A stretch of 64,000 nucleotides of DNA from Eledone cirrhosa (lineage: Eukaryota). The translations under genes were made by a program, and so were the position numbers. Below the pieces are notes generated by a model. That model saw only the letters and a list, made by a program, of their open reading frames with translations, was not told the DNA's origin and did not search any database. The stretch spans positions 127,596,001 through 127,660,000 of the forward strand of contig OZ024741.1 of the NCBI GenBank assembly GCA_964016885.1, read 5' to 3'. Positions 1 to 13,422 of the stretch are shown in pieces (the first letter of the stretch is position 1; each line of letters opens with the position of its first letter).

Positions 1-3000
1 TCTACCACAAAATACACTCAGCCCACTCTATAATGTGGTAGTGCTGGTTCTACCACAAAATACACCCAACCCACTCTATAATGTGGTAGTGCTGGTTCTA
101 CTACAAAATACACCCAACTCACTCTATAATGTGGTAGTGCTGGTTCTACTACAAAATACACTCAGCCCACTCTATAATGTGGTAGTGCTGGTTCTACTAC
201 AAAATACACCTAGCACACTCTATAATGTGGTAGTGCCGGTTCTACTACAAAATACACTCAGCCCACTCTATAACGTGGTAGTGCTGATTCTACCACAAAA
301 TACACCTAGCCCATTCTATAATGTGGTAGTGCCGGTTCTACTGCAAAATACACCCAGCCCACTCTATAATGTGGTAGTGCTAGTTCTACTACAAAATACA
401 CCTAGCCCACTCTATAATGTGGTAGTGCCGATTCTACTACAAAATACACTCAGCCCACTCTATAATGTGGTAGTGCTGGTTCTACCACAAAATACACCCA
501 ACCCACTCTATAATGTGGTAGTGCTGGTTCTACCACAAAATACACCCAGCCCACTCTAGAATGTGGTAGTGCTGGTTCTACCACAAAATACACCCAGCCC
601 ACTCTATAATGTAGTGCTGGTTCTACCACAAAATACACTCAGCCCACTCTATAATGTGGTAGAGCTGGTTCTACTACAAAATACACCTAGCCCACTCTAT
701 AATGTGGTAGTGCTGGTTCTACTACAAAATACACTCAGCCCACTCTATAATGTGGTAGTGCTGGTTCTACTACAAAATACACCCAGCCCACTCTATAATG
801 TGGTAATGCTGCTTCTACTACAAAATACACCTAGCCCACTGTATAATGTGGTAGTGCTGGTTCTACCACAAAATACACCTAGCCCACTCTATAATGTGGT
901 AATGCTGGTTGTACTACAAAATAGACCCAGCCCACTCTGTAATGTGGTAATGCTGGTTCAACTACAAAATACACCCAGCCCACTCTGTAATGTAGTAATG
1001 CTGGTTCTACTACAAAATACACCCAGCCCACTCTATAATGTGGTAATGGTGGTTCTACCATAAAATACACCCAGCCCACTCTATAAAGTGGTAATGCTGG
1101 TTCTACCACAAAATACACCCAGCCAACTCGATGATGTGGTAATGCTGGTTCTACCACAAAATACACCCAGCCCACTCTATAATGTGGTAGTGCTGGTTCT
1201 ACTACAAAAAACACCCAGCCCACTCTATAATTTGGTAATGCTGGTTCTACTACAAAATACAATCAGCCCACTCTATAATGTGGTAGTGTTGGTTCTACGA
1301 CAACATACACTCAGCCCACTCTATAATGTGGTAGTTTTGGTTCTGCTACAAAATACACTCAGCCCACTCTATAATGTGGTAATGCTGGTTCTACTACAAA
1401 ATACACCCAGCCCACTCTGTAATGTGGTAATGCTGGTTCAACTACAAAATACACCCAGCCCACTCTGTAACGTAGTAATGCTGGTTCTACTACAAAATAC
1501 ACTCAGCCCACTCTATGATGTGGTAATGCTGGTTCTCCTACAAAATACACCCAGCCCACTCTATAATGCGGTAATGCTGGTTCTACTACAAAATACACCC
1601 AGCCCATTCTATAATGAGGTAGTGTTGGTTCTACTACAAAATACACTCAGCCCACTCTATAATGAGGTAGTGTTGGTTCTGCTACAAAATACACCCAGCC
1701 CACTCTATAATGTGGTAATGCTGGTTCTACTATAAAATACACTCAGCCCACTCTATAATGTGGCAGTGCTGGTTCTACTACAAAATACACTCAGCCCACT
1801 CTATAATGTGGTAATGCTGGTTCTACTACAAAATACACCTAGCCCACTCTATAATGTGGTCGTGCTGGTTCTACTACAAAATACACCCAGCCCACTCTAT
1901 AATGTGGTCGTGCTGGTTCTACTACAAAATACACCTAGCCCACTCTATAATGTGGTAGTGCTGGTTCTACTACAAAATACATTCAGCCCACTCAATAATG
2001 TGGTAATGCTGGTTCTACTACAAAATACACTCAGCCCACTCTATAATGTGGTAGTGCTGGTTCTACTACAAAATACACTCAGCCCACTCTATAATGTGGC
2101 AATGCTGGTTCTACTACAAAATACACTCAGCCCACTCTATAATGTGGTAATGCTGGTTCTACTACAAAATACACTCAGCCCACTCTATAATGTGGTAATG
2201 CTGGTTCTACTACAAAATACACCCAGCCCACTCTATAATGTGGTAGTGCTGGTTCTACTACAAAATAGACTCAGCCCACTCTATAATGTGGTAATGCTGG
2301 TTTTACCACAAAATACACCCAGACCACTATAATGTGGTAATGCTGGTTCTACCACAAAATACACTCAGCCCACTCTATAATGTGGTAGTGCTGGTTCTAC
2401 TACAAAATACACTCAGCCCACTCTATAATGTGGTAATGCTGTTTCTACCACAAAATACACTTAGCCCACTCTATAATGTGGTAGTGCTGGTTCTACCATA
2501 AAATACACCCAGCCCACTCTATAATGTGGTAGTGCTGGTTCTACTACAAAATACACTCAGCCCACTCTATAATGTTGTAGTGCTGGTTCTACTACAAAAT
2601 ACACCTAGCACACTCTATAATGTGGTAGTGCCGGTTCTACTACAAAATACACTCAGCCGACTCTATAACGTGGTAGTGTTGATTCTACCACAAAATACAC
2701 CTAGCCCACTCTATAATGTGGTAGTGCCGGTTCTACTGCAAAATACACCCAGCCCACTCTATAATGTGGTAGTGCTAGTTCTACTACAAAATACACCTAG
2801 CCCACTCTATAATGTGGTAGTGCTAAATCTACTACAAAATACACTCAGCCCACTCTATAATGTGGTAGTGCTGGTTCTACCACAAAATACACCCAACCCA
2901 CTCTATAATGTGGTAGTGCTGGTTCTACCACAAAATACACCCAGCCCACTCTATAATGTGGTAATGCTGGTTCTACCACAAAATACACTCAGCCCACTCT

Positions 3001-6000
3001 ATAATGTGGTAGTGCTGCTTTTACTACAAAATACACTCAGCCCACTCTATAATGTGGTAGTGCTGGTTCTACCACAAAATACACCCAGCCCACTCTATAA
3101 TGTGGTAATGCTGGTTCTACCACAAAATACACCCAGCCCACTCTATAATGTGGTAATGCTGGTTCTACTACAAAATACACCTAGCCCACTGTATAATGTG
3201 GTAGTGCTGGTTCTACTACAAAATACACCCAGCCCACTCTATAATGTGGTAGTGCTGGTTCTACTACAAAATACACCTAGCCCACTCTATAATGTGGTAG
3301 TGCCGGTTCTACTACAAAATACACTCAGCCCACTCTATAATGTGGTAGTGTTGGTTCTACGACAAAATACACTCAGCCCACTCTATAATGTGGTAATGCT
3401 GGTTCTACTACAAAATACACCCAGCCCACTCTGTAATGTGGTAATGCTGGTTCAACTACAAAATACACCCAGCCCACTCCGTAATGTAGTAATGCTGGTT
3501 CTACTACAAAATACACTCAGCCCACTCTATAATGTGGTAGTGTTGGTTCTACTACAAAATACACCCAGCCCACTCTATAATGTGGTAGTGCTGGTTCTAC
3601 TACAAAATACACTCAGCCCACTCTAAAATGTGGTAATGCTGGTTCTACTACAAAATACACCCAGACCACTACAATGTGGTAATGCTGGTTCTACCACAAT
3701 ATACACTCAGCCCACTCTATAATGTGGTAGTGCTGGTTCTACCACAAAATACACCCAACCCACTCTATAATGTGGTAGTGCTGGTTCTACTACAAAATAC
3801 ACCCAAATCACTCTATAATGTGGTAGTGCTGGTTCTACTACAAAATACACTCAGCCCACTCTATAATGTGGTAGTGCTAGTTCTACTACAAAATACACCT
3901 AGCACACTCTATAATGTGGTAGTGCCAGTTCTACTACAAAATACACTCAGCCCACTCTATAACGTGGTAGTGCTGATTCTACCACAAAATACACCTAGCC
4001 CACTCTATAATGTGGTAGTGCCGGTTCTACTGCAAAATACACCCAGCCCACTCTATAATGTGGTAGTGCTAGTTCTACTACAAAATACACCTAGCCCACT
4101 CTATAATGTGGTAGTGCCGATTCTACTACAAAATACACTCAGCCCACTCTATAATGTGGTAGTGCTGGTTCTACCACAAAATACACCCAGCCCACTCTAG
4201 AATGTGGTAGTGCTGGTTCTACCACAAAATACACTCAGCCCACTCTATAATGTGGTAGTGCCGGTTCTACAACAAAATACACCCAACCCACTCTATAATG
4301 TGGTAGTGCTGGTTCTACTACAAAATACACCCAGCCCACTCTATAATGTGGTAGTGCTGGTTCTACTACAAAATACACCCAGCCCACTCTGTAATGTGGT
4401 AATGCTGGTTCAACCACAAAATACACTCAGCCCACTCTATAATGTGGTAGAGCTGGTTCTACTACAAAATACACCTAGCCCACTCTATAATGTGGTAGTG
4501 CTGGTTCTACTACAAAATACACTCAGCCCACTCTATAATGTGGTAGTGCTGGTTCTACTACAAAATACACCCAGCCCACTCTATAATGTGGTAATGCTGG
4601 TTCTACTACAAAATACACATAGCCCACTGTATAATGTGGTAGTGCTGGTTCTACCATAAAATACACCCAGCCCACTCTATAATGTGGTAATGCTGGTTCA
4701 CTACAAAATACACCTAGCCCACTCTATAATGTGGTCGTGCTGGTTCTACTACAAAATACACCCAGCCCACTCTATAATGTGGTCGTGCTGGTTCTACTAC
4801 AAAATACACCTAGCCCACTCTATAATGTGGTAGTGCTGATTCTACTACAAAATACATTCAGCCCACTCTATAATGTGGTAATGCTGGTTCTACTACAAAA
4901 TACACTCAGCCCACTCTATAATGTGGTAGTGCTGGTTCTACTACAAAATACACTCAGCCCACTCTATAATGTGATAATGCTGGTTCTACTACAAAATACA
5001 CTCAGCCCACTCTATAATGTGGTAATGCTGGTTCTACTACAAAATACACTCAGCCCACTCTATAATGTGGTAATGCTGGTTCTACTACAAAATACACCCA
5101 GCCCACTCTATAATGTGGTAGTGCTGGTTCTACTACAAAATACTCTCAGCCCACTCTATAATGTGGTAATGCTGGTTCTACCACAAAATACACCCAGACC
5201 ACTATAATGTGGTAATGCTGGTTCTACCACAAAATACACTCAGCCCACTCTATAATGTGGTAGTGCTGTTTCTACCACAAAATACACTTAGCCCACTCTA
5301 TAATGTGGTAGTGCTGGTTCTACCACAAAATACACCCAGCCCACTCTATAATGTGGTAGTGCTGGTTCTACTACAAAATACACTCAGCCCACTCTATAAC
5401 GTGGTAATGCTGTTTCTACCACAAAATACACTTAGCCCACTCTATAATGTGGTAGTGCTGGTTCTAACACAAAATACACCCAGCCCACTCTATAATGTGG
5501 TAGTGCTGGTTCTACTACAAAATACACTCAGCCCACTCTATAATGTGGTAGTGCTGGTTCTACTACAAAATACACCTAGCACACTCTATAATGTGGTAGT
5601 GACGATTCTACTACAAAATACACTCAGCCCACTCTATAATGTGGTAGTGCTGGTTCTACCACAAAATACACCCAGCCCACTCTAGAATGTGGTAGTGCCG
5701 GTTCTACCACAAAATACATTCAGCCCACTCTATAATATAGTGCTGGTTCTACCACAAAATACACTCAGCCCACTCTATAATGTGGTAATGCTGGTTCTAC
5801 TACAAAATACACTCAGCCCACTCTATAATGTGGTAGTGACGATTCTACTACAAAATACACTCAGCCCACTCTATAATGTGATAGTGCTGGTTCTACCACA
5901 AAATACACCCAGCCCACTCTAGAATGTGGTAGTGCCGGTTCTACCACAAAATACACCCAGCCCACTCTATAATGTGGTAATGCTGGTTCTACCACAAAAT

Positions 6001-9000
6001 ACACCCAGCCCACTCTATAATGTGGTAATGCTGGTTTTACTACAAAATACACTCAGCCCACTCTATAATGTGGTAGTGCTGGTTCTACCACAAAATACAT
6101 TCAGCCCACTCTATAATGTAGTGCTGGTTCTACCACAAAATACACTCAGCCCACTCTATAATGTGGTAGTGCCGGTTCTACAACAAAATACACCCAACCC
6201 ACTCTATAATGTGGTAGTGCTGGTTCTACCACAAAATACACCCAACCCTCTCTATAATGTGGTAGTGCTGGTTCTACTACAAAATACACATAGCCCACTC
6301 TATAATGTGGTAGTGCCGGTTCTACTACAAAATACACTCAGCCCACTCTATAATGTGGTAGTGCTGGTTCTACTACAAAATACACCCAGCCCACTCTATA
6401 ATTTGGTAATGCTGGTTCTACTACAAAATACACTCAGCCCACTCTATAATGTGGTAGTGTTGGTTCTACGACAAAATACACTCAGCCCACTCTATAATGT
6501 GGTAATGCTGGTTCTACTACAAAATACACCCAGCCCACTCTGTAATGTGGTAATGCTGGTTCAACTACAAAATACACCCAGCCCACTCCGTAATGTAGTA
6601 ATGCTGGTTCTACTACAAAATACACTCAGCCCACTCTATAATGTGGTAGTGTTGGTTCTACTACAAAATACACCCAGCCCACTCTATAATGTGGTAGTGC
6701 TGGTTCTACTACAAAATACACTCAGCCCACTCTATAATGTGGTAATGCTGGTTCTACTACAAAATACACCCAGACCACTACAATGTGGTAATGCTGGTTC
6801 TACCACAATATACACTCAGCCCACTCTATAATGTGGTAGTGCTGGTTCTACCACAAAATACACCCAACCCACTCTATAATGTGGTAGTGCTGGTTCTACT
6901 ACAAAATACACCCAACTCACTCTATAATGTGGTAGTGCTGGTTCTACTACAAAATACACTCAGCCCACTCTATAATGTGGTAGTGCTAGTTCTACTACAA
7001 AATACACCTAGCACACTGTATAATGTGGTAGTGCCGGTTCTACTACAAAATACACTCAGCCCACTCTATAACGTGGTAGTGCTGATTCTACCACAAAATA
7101 CACCTAGCCCACTCTATAATGTGGTAGTGCCGGTTCTACTGCAAAATACACCCAGCCCACTCTATAATGTGGTAGTGCTAGTTCTACTACAAAATACACC
7201 TAGCCCACTCTATAATGTGGTAGTGCACATTCTACTACAAAATACACTCAGCCCACTCTATAATGTGGTAGTGCTGGTTCTACCACAAAATACATTCAGC
7301 CCACTCTATAATATAGTGCTGGTTCTACCACAAAATACACTCAGCCCACTCTAGAATGTGGTAGTGCTGGTTCTACCACAAAATACATTCAGCCCACTCT
7401 ATAATATAGTGCTGGTTCTACCACAAAATACACTCAGCCCACTCTATAATGTGGTAGAGCTGGTTCTACTACAAAATACACCTAGCCCACTCTATAATGT
7501 GGTAGTGCTGGTTCTACTACAAAATACACCCAGCCCACTCTATAATGTGGTCATGCTGGTTCTACTACAAAATACACCTAGCCCACTCTATAATGTGGTA
7601 GTGCTGGTTCTACTACAAAATACATTCAGCCCACTCTATAATGTGGTAATGCTGGTTCTACTACAAAATACACTCAGCCCACTCTATAATGTGGTAATGC
7701 TGGTTCTACTACAAAATACACTCAGCCCACTCTATAATGTGGTAATGCTGGTTCTACTACAAAATACACTCAGCCCACTCTATAATGTGGTAATGCTGGT
7801 TCTACTACAAAATACACTCAGCCCACTCTATAATGTGGTAATGCTGGTTCTACTACAAAATACACCCAGCCCACTCTATAATGTGGTAGTGCTGGTTCTA
7901 CTACAAAATACACTCAGCCCACTCTATAATGTGGTAATGCTGGTTCTACCACAAAATACACCCAGACCACTATAATGTGGTAATGCTGGTTCTACCACAA
8001 AATACACTCAGCCCACTCTATAATGTGGTAGTGCTGTTTCTACCACAAAATACACTTAGCCCACTCTATAATGTGGTAGTGCTGGTTCTACCACAAAATA
8101 CACCCAGCCCACTCTATAATGTGGTAGTGCTGGTTCTACTACAAAATACACTCAGCCCACTCTATAACGTGGTAATGCTGTTTCTACCACAAAATACACT
8201 TAGCCCACTCTATAATGTGGTAGTGCTGGTTCTAACACAAAATACACCCAGCCCACTCTATAATGTGGTAGTGCTGGTTCTACTACAAAATACACTCAGC
8301 CCACTCTATAATGTGGTAGTGCTGGTTCTACTACAAAATACACTCAGCCCACTCTATAATGTGGTAGTGCTGGTTCTACTACAAAATACACCTAGCACAC
8401 TCTATAATGTGGTAGTGCCGGTTCTACTACAAAATACACTCAGCCCACTCTATAACGTGGTAGTGCTGATTCTACCACAAAATACACCTAGCCCACTCTA
8501 TAATGTGGTAGTGCCGGTTCTACTGCAAAATACACCCAGCCCACTCTATAATGTGGTAGTGCTAGTTCTACTACAAAATACACCTAGCCCACTCTATAAT
8601 GTGGTAGTGCCGATTCTACTACAAAATACACTCAGCCCACTCTATAATGTGGTAGTGCTGGTTCTACCACAAAATACACCCAACCCACTCTATAATGTGG
8701 TAGTGTTGGTTCTACTACAAAATACACTCAGCCCACTCTATAACGTGGTAGTGCTGATTCTACCACAAAATACACCTAGCCCACTCTATAATGTGGTAAT
8801 GCTGGTTCTACCACAAAATACACCCAGACCACTACAATGTGGTAATGCTGGTTCTACCACAAAATACACTCAGCCCACTCTATAATGTGGTAGTGCTGGT
8901 TCTACCACAAAATACACTCAGCCCACTCTATAATGTGGTAGTGCTGGTTCTACTACAAAATACACCCAACCCACTCTATAATGTGGTAGTGCTGGTTCTA

Positions 9001-12000
9001 CTACAAAATACACCCAACTCACTCTATAATGTGGTAGTGCTGGTTCTACTACAAAATACACTCAGCCCACTCTATAATGTGGTAGTGCTGGTTCTACTAC
9101 AAAATACACCTAGCACACTCTATAATGTGGTAGTGCCGGTTCTACTACAAAATACACTCAGCCCACTCTATAACGTGGTAGTGCTGATTCTACCACAAAA
9201 TACACCTAGCCCACTCTATAATGTGGTAGTGCCGGTTCTACTGCAAAATACACCCAGCCCACTCTATAATGTGGTAGTGCTAGTTCTACTACAAAATACA
9301 CCTAGCCCACTCTATAATGTGGTAGTGCCGATTCTACTACAAAATACACTCAGCCCACTCTATAATGTGGTAGTGCTGGTTCTACCACAAAATACACCCA
9401 GCCTACTCTAGAATGTGGTAGTGCTGGTTCTACCACAAAATACATTCAGCCCGCTCTATAATATAGTGCTGGTTCTACCACAAATACACTCAACCCACTT
9501 TATAATGTGGTAGTGCCGGTTCTACAACAAAATACACCCAACCCACTCTATAATGTGGTAGTGCTGGTTCTACTACAAAATACACCCAGCCCACTCTATA
9601 ATGTGGTAGTGCTGGTTCTACTACAAAATACACCCAGCCCACTCTGTAATGTGGTAATGCTGGTTCTACCACAAAATACACTCAGCCCACTCTATAATTT
9701 GGTAGTGCTGGTTCTACTACAAAATACACCCAGCCCACTCTATAATGTGGTAATGCTGGTTCTACTACAAAATACACCTAGCCCACTGTATAATGTGGTA
9801 GTGCTGGTTCTACCACAAAATACACCCAGCCCACTCTATAATGTGGTAATGCTGGTTCACTACAAAATACACCTAGCCCACTCTATAATGTGGTCGTGCT
9901 GGTTCTACTACAAAATACACCCAGCCCACTCTATGATGTGGTCGTGCTGGTTCTACTACAAAATACACCTAGCCCACTCTATAATGTGGTAGTGCTGGTT
10001 CTACTACAAAATACATTCAGCCCACTCTATAATGTGGTAATGCTGGTTCTACTACAAAATACACTCAGCCCACTCTATAATGTGTTAGTGCTTGTTCTAC
10101 TACAAAATACACTCAGCCCACTCTATAATGTGGTAATGCTGGTTCTACTACAAAATACACTCAGCCCACTCTATAATGTGGTAATGCTGGTTCTACTACA
10201 AAATACACTCAGCCCACTCTATAACGTGGTAATGCTGGTTCTACTACAAAATACACCCAGCCCACTCTATAATGTGGTAGTGCTGGTTCTACTACAAAAT
10301 ACACTCAGCCCACTCTATAATGTGGTAATGCTGGTTCTACCACAAAATACACCCAGACCACTATAATGTGGTAATGCTGGTTCTACCACAAAATACACTC
10401 AGCCCACTCTATAATGTGGTAGTGCTGTTTCTACCACAAAATACACTTAGCCCACTCTATAATGTGGTAGTGCTGGTTCTACCACAAAATACACCCAGCC
10501 CACTCTATAATGTGGTAGTGCTGGTTCTACTACAAAATACACTCAGCCCACTCTATAACGTGGTAATGCTGTTTCTACCACAAAATACACTTAGCCCACT
10601 CTATAATGTGGTAGTGCTGGTTCTACCACAAAATACACCCAGCCCACTCTATAATGTGGTAGTGCTGTTTCTACCACAAAATACACTTAGCCCACTCTAT
10701 AATGTGGTAGTGCTGGTTCTACCACAAAATACACCCAGCCCACTCTATAATGTGGTAGTGCTGGTTCTACTACAAAATACACTCAGCCCACTCTATAATG
10801 TGGTAGTGCTGATTCTACCACAAAATACACCTAGACCACTCTATAATATGGTAGTGCCGGTTCTACTGCAAAATACACCCAGCCCACTCTATAATGTGGT
10901 AGTGCTAGTTCTACTACAAAATACACCTAGCCCACTCTATAATGTGGTAGTGCCGATTCTACTACAAAATACACTCAGCCCACTCTATAATGTGGTAGTG
11001 CTGGTTCTACTACAAAATACACCCAACCCACTCTATAATGTGGTAGAGCTGGTTCTACTACAAAATACACCTAGCCCACTCTATAATGTGGTAGTGCTGG
11101 TTCTACTACAAAATACACTCAGCCCACTCTATAATGTGGTAGTGCTGGTTCTACTACAAAATACACCCAGCCCACTCTATAATGTGGTAATGCTGGTTCT
11201 ACTACAAAATACACCTAGCCCACTGTATAATGTGGTAGTGCTGGTTCTACCACAAAATACACCCAGCCCACTCTATAATGTGGTAATGCTGGTTCACTAC
11301 AAAATACACCTAGCACACTCTATAATGTGGTCGTGCTGGTTCTACTACAAAATACACCCAGCCCACTCTATAATGTGGTCGTGCTGGTTCTACTACAAAA
11401 TACACCTAGCCCACTCTATAATGTGGTAGTGCTGGTTCTACTACAAAATACATTCAGCCCACTCTATAATGTGGTAATGCTGGTTCTACTACAAAATACA
11501 CTCAGCCCACTCTATAATGTGTTAGTGCTGGTTCTACTACAAAATACACTCAGCCCACTCTATAATGTGGTAATGCTGGTTCTACCACAAAATACACTCA
11601 GCCCACTCTATAATGTGGTAGTGCTGGTTCTACCACAAAATACACCCAACCCACTCTATAATGTGGTAGTGCTGGTTCTACTACAAAATACACCCAACTC
11701 ACTCTATAATGTGGTCGTGCTGGTTCTACTACAAAATACACCTAGCCCACTCTATAATGTGGTAGTGCTGGTTCTACTACAAAATACATTCAGCCCACTC
11801 TATAATGTGGTAATGCTGGTTCTACTACAAAATACACTCAGCCCACTCTATAATGTGTTAGTGCTGGTTCTACTACAAAATACACCTAGCCCACTCTATA
11901 ATGTGGTAGTGCCGATTCTACTACAAAATACACTCAGCCCACTCTATAATGTGGTAGTGCTGGTTCTACCACAAAATACACCCAACCAACTCTATAATGT

Positions 12001-13422
12001 GGTAGTGCTGGTTCTACCACAAAATACACCCAGCCCACTCTAGAATGTGGTAGTGCTGGTTCTACCACAAAATACATTCAGCCCACTCTATAATGTAGTG
12101 CTGGTTCTACCACAAAATACACTCAGCCCACTCTATAATGTGGTAGAGCTGGTTCTACTACAAAATACACCTAGCCCACTCTATAATGTGGTAGTGCTGG
12201 TTCTACTACAAAATACACTCAGCCCACTCTATAATGTGGTAGTGCTGGTTCTACTACAAAATACACCCAGCCCACTCTATAATGTGGTAATGCTGGTTCT
12301 ACTACAAAATACACCTAGCCCACTGTATAATGTGGTAGTGCTGGTTCTACCACAAAATACACCCAGCCCACTCTATAATGTGGTAATGCTGGTTCACTAC
12401 AAAATACACTCAGCCCACTCTATAATGTGGTAGTGCTGGTTCTACCACAAAATACACCTAGCCCACTCTATAATGTGGTAATGCTGGTTCTACTACAAAA
12501 TAGACCCAGCCCACTCTGTAATGTGGTAATGCTGGTTCTACTACAAAATAAACCCAGCCCACTCTGTAACGTAGTAATGCTGGTTCTACTACAAAATACA
12601 CTCAGCCCACTCTATGATGTGGTAATGCTGGTTCTCCTACAAAATACACCCAGCCCACTCTATAATGCGGTAATGCTGGTTCTACTACAAAATACACCCA
12701 GCCCATTCTATAATGAGGTAGTGTTGGTTCTACTACAAAATACACTCAGCCCACTCTATAATGAGGTAGTGTTGGTTCTGCTACAAAATACACCCAGCCC
12801 ACTCTATAATGTGGTAATGCTGGTTCTACTATAAAATACACTCAGCCCACTCTATAATGTGGCAGTGCTGGTTCTACTACAAAATACACTCAGCCCACTC
12901 TATAATGTGGTAATGCTGGTTCTACTACAAAATACACCTAGCCCACTCTATAATGTGGTCGTGCTGGTTCTACTACAAAATACACCCAGCCCACTCTATA
13001 ATGTGGTCGTGCTGGTTCTACTACAAAATACACCTAGCCCACTCTATAATGTGGTAGTACTGGTTCTACTACAAAATACATTCAGCCCACTCAATAATGT
13101 GGTAATGCTGGTTCTACTACAAAATACACTCAGCCCACTCTATAATGTGGTAGTGCTGGTTCTACTACAAAATACACTCAGCCCACTCTATAATGTGGCA
13201 ATGCTGGTTCTACTACAAAATACACTCAGCCCACTCTATAATGTGGTAATGCTGGTTCTACTACAAAATACACTCAGCCCACTCTATAATGTGGTAATGC
13301 TGGTTCTACTACAAAATACACCCAGCCCACTCTATAATGTGGTAGTGCTGGTTCTACTACAAAATAGACTCAGCCCACTCTATAATGTGGTAATGCTGGT
13401 TCTACCACAAAATACACCCAGA

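Noticed and set aside
29-34. TATAAT in each monomer as a bacterial -10 box or TATA box
   Set aside because: No -35 element or downstream gene, and the eukaryotic satellite context makes a hexamer match uninformative.
655-680. tRNA/SINE-like motifs GTGGTAGAGC (D-arm/A-box-like) and GGTTCTA (T-loop/B-box-like)
   Set aside because: The motifs are 1 nt apart with no anticodon arm or cloverleaf, the B box is incomplete, and the GAGC form is a minority variant.
985-1015. Apparent compensatory change TGTAGTA...TACTACA in hairpin A
   Set aside because: The copies probably descend from one mutation, the T allele is the majority anyway, and counter-examples exist (~39221, ~49104: A opposite C).
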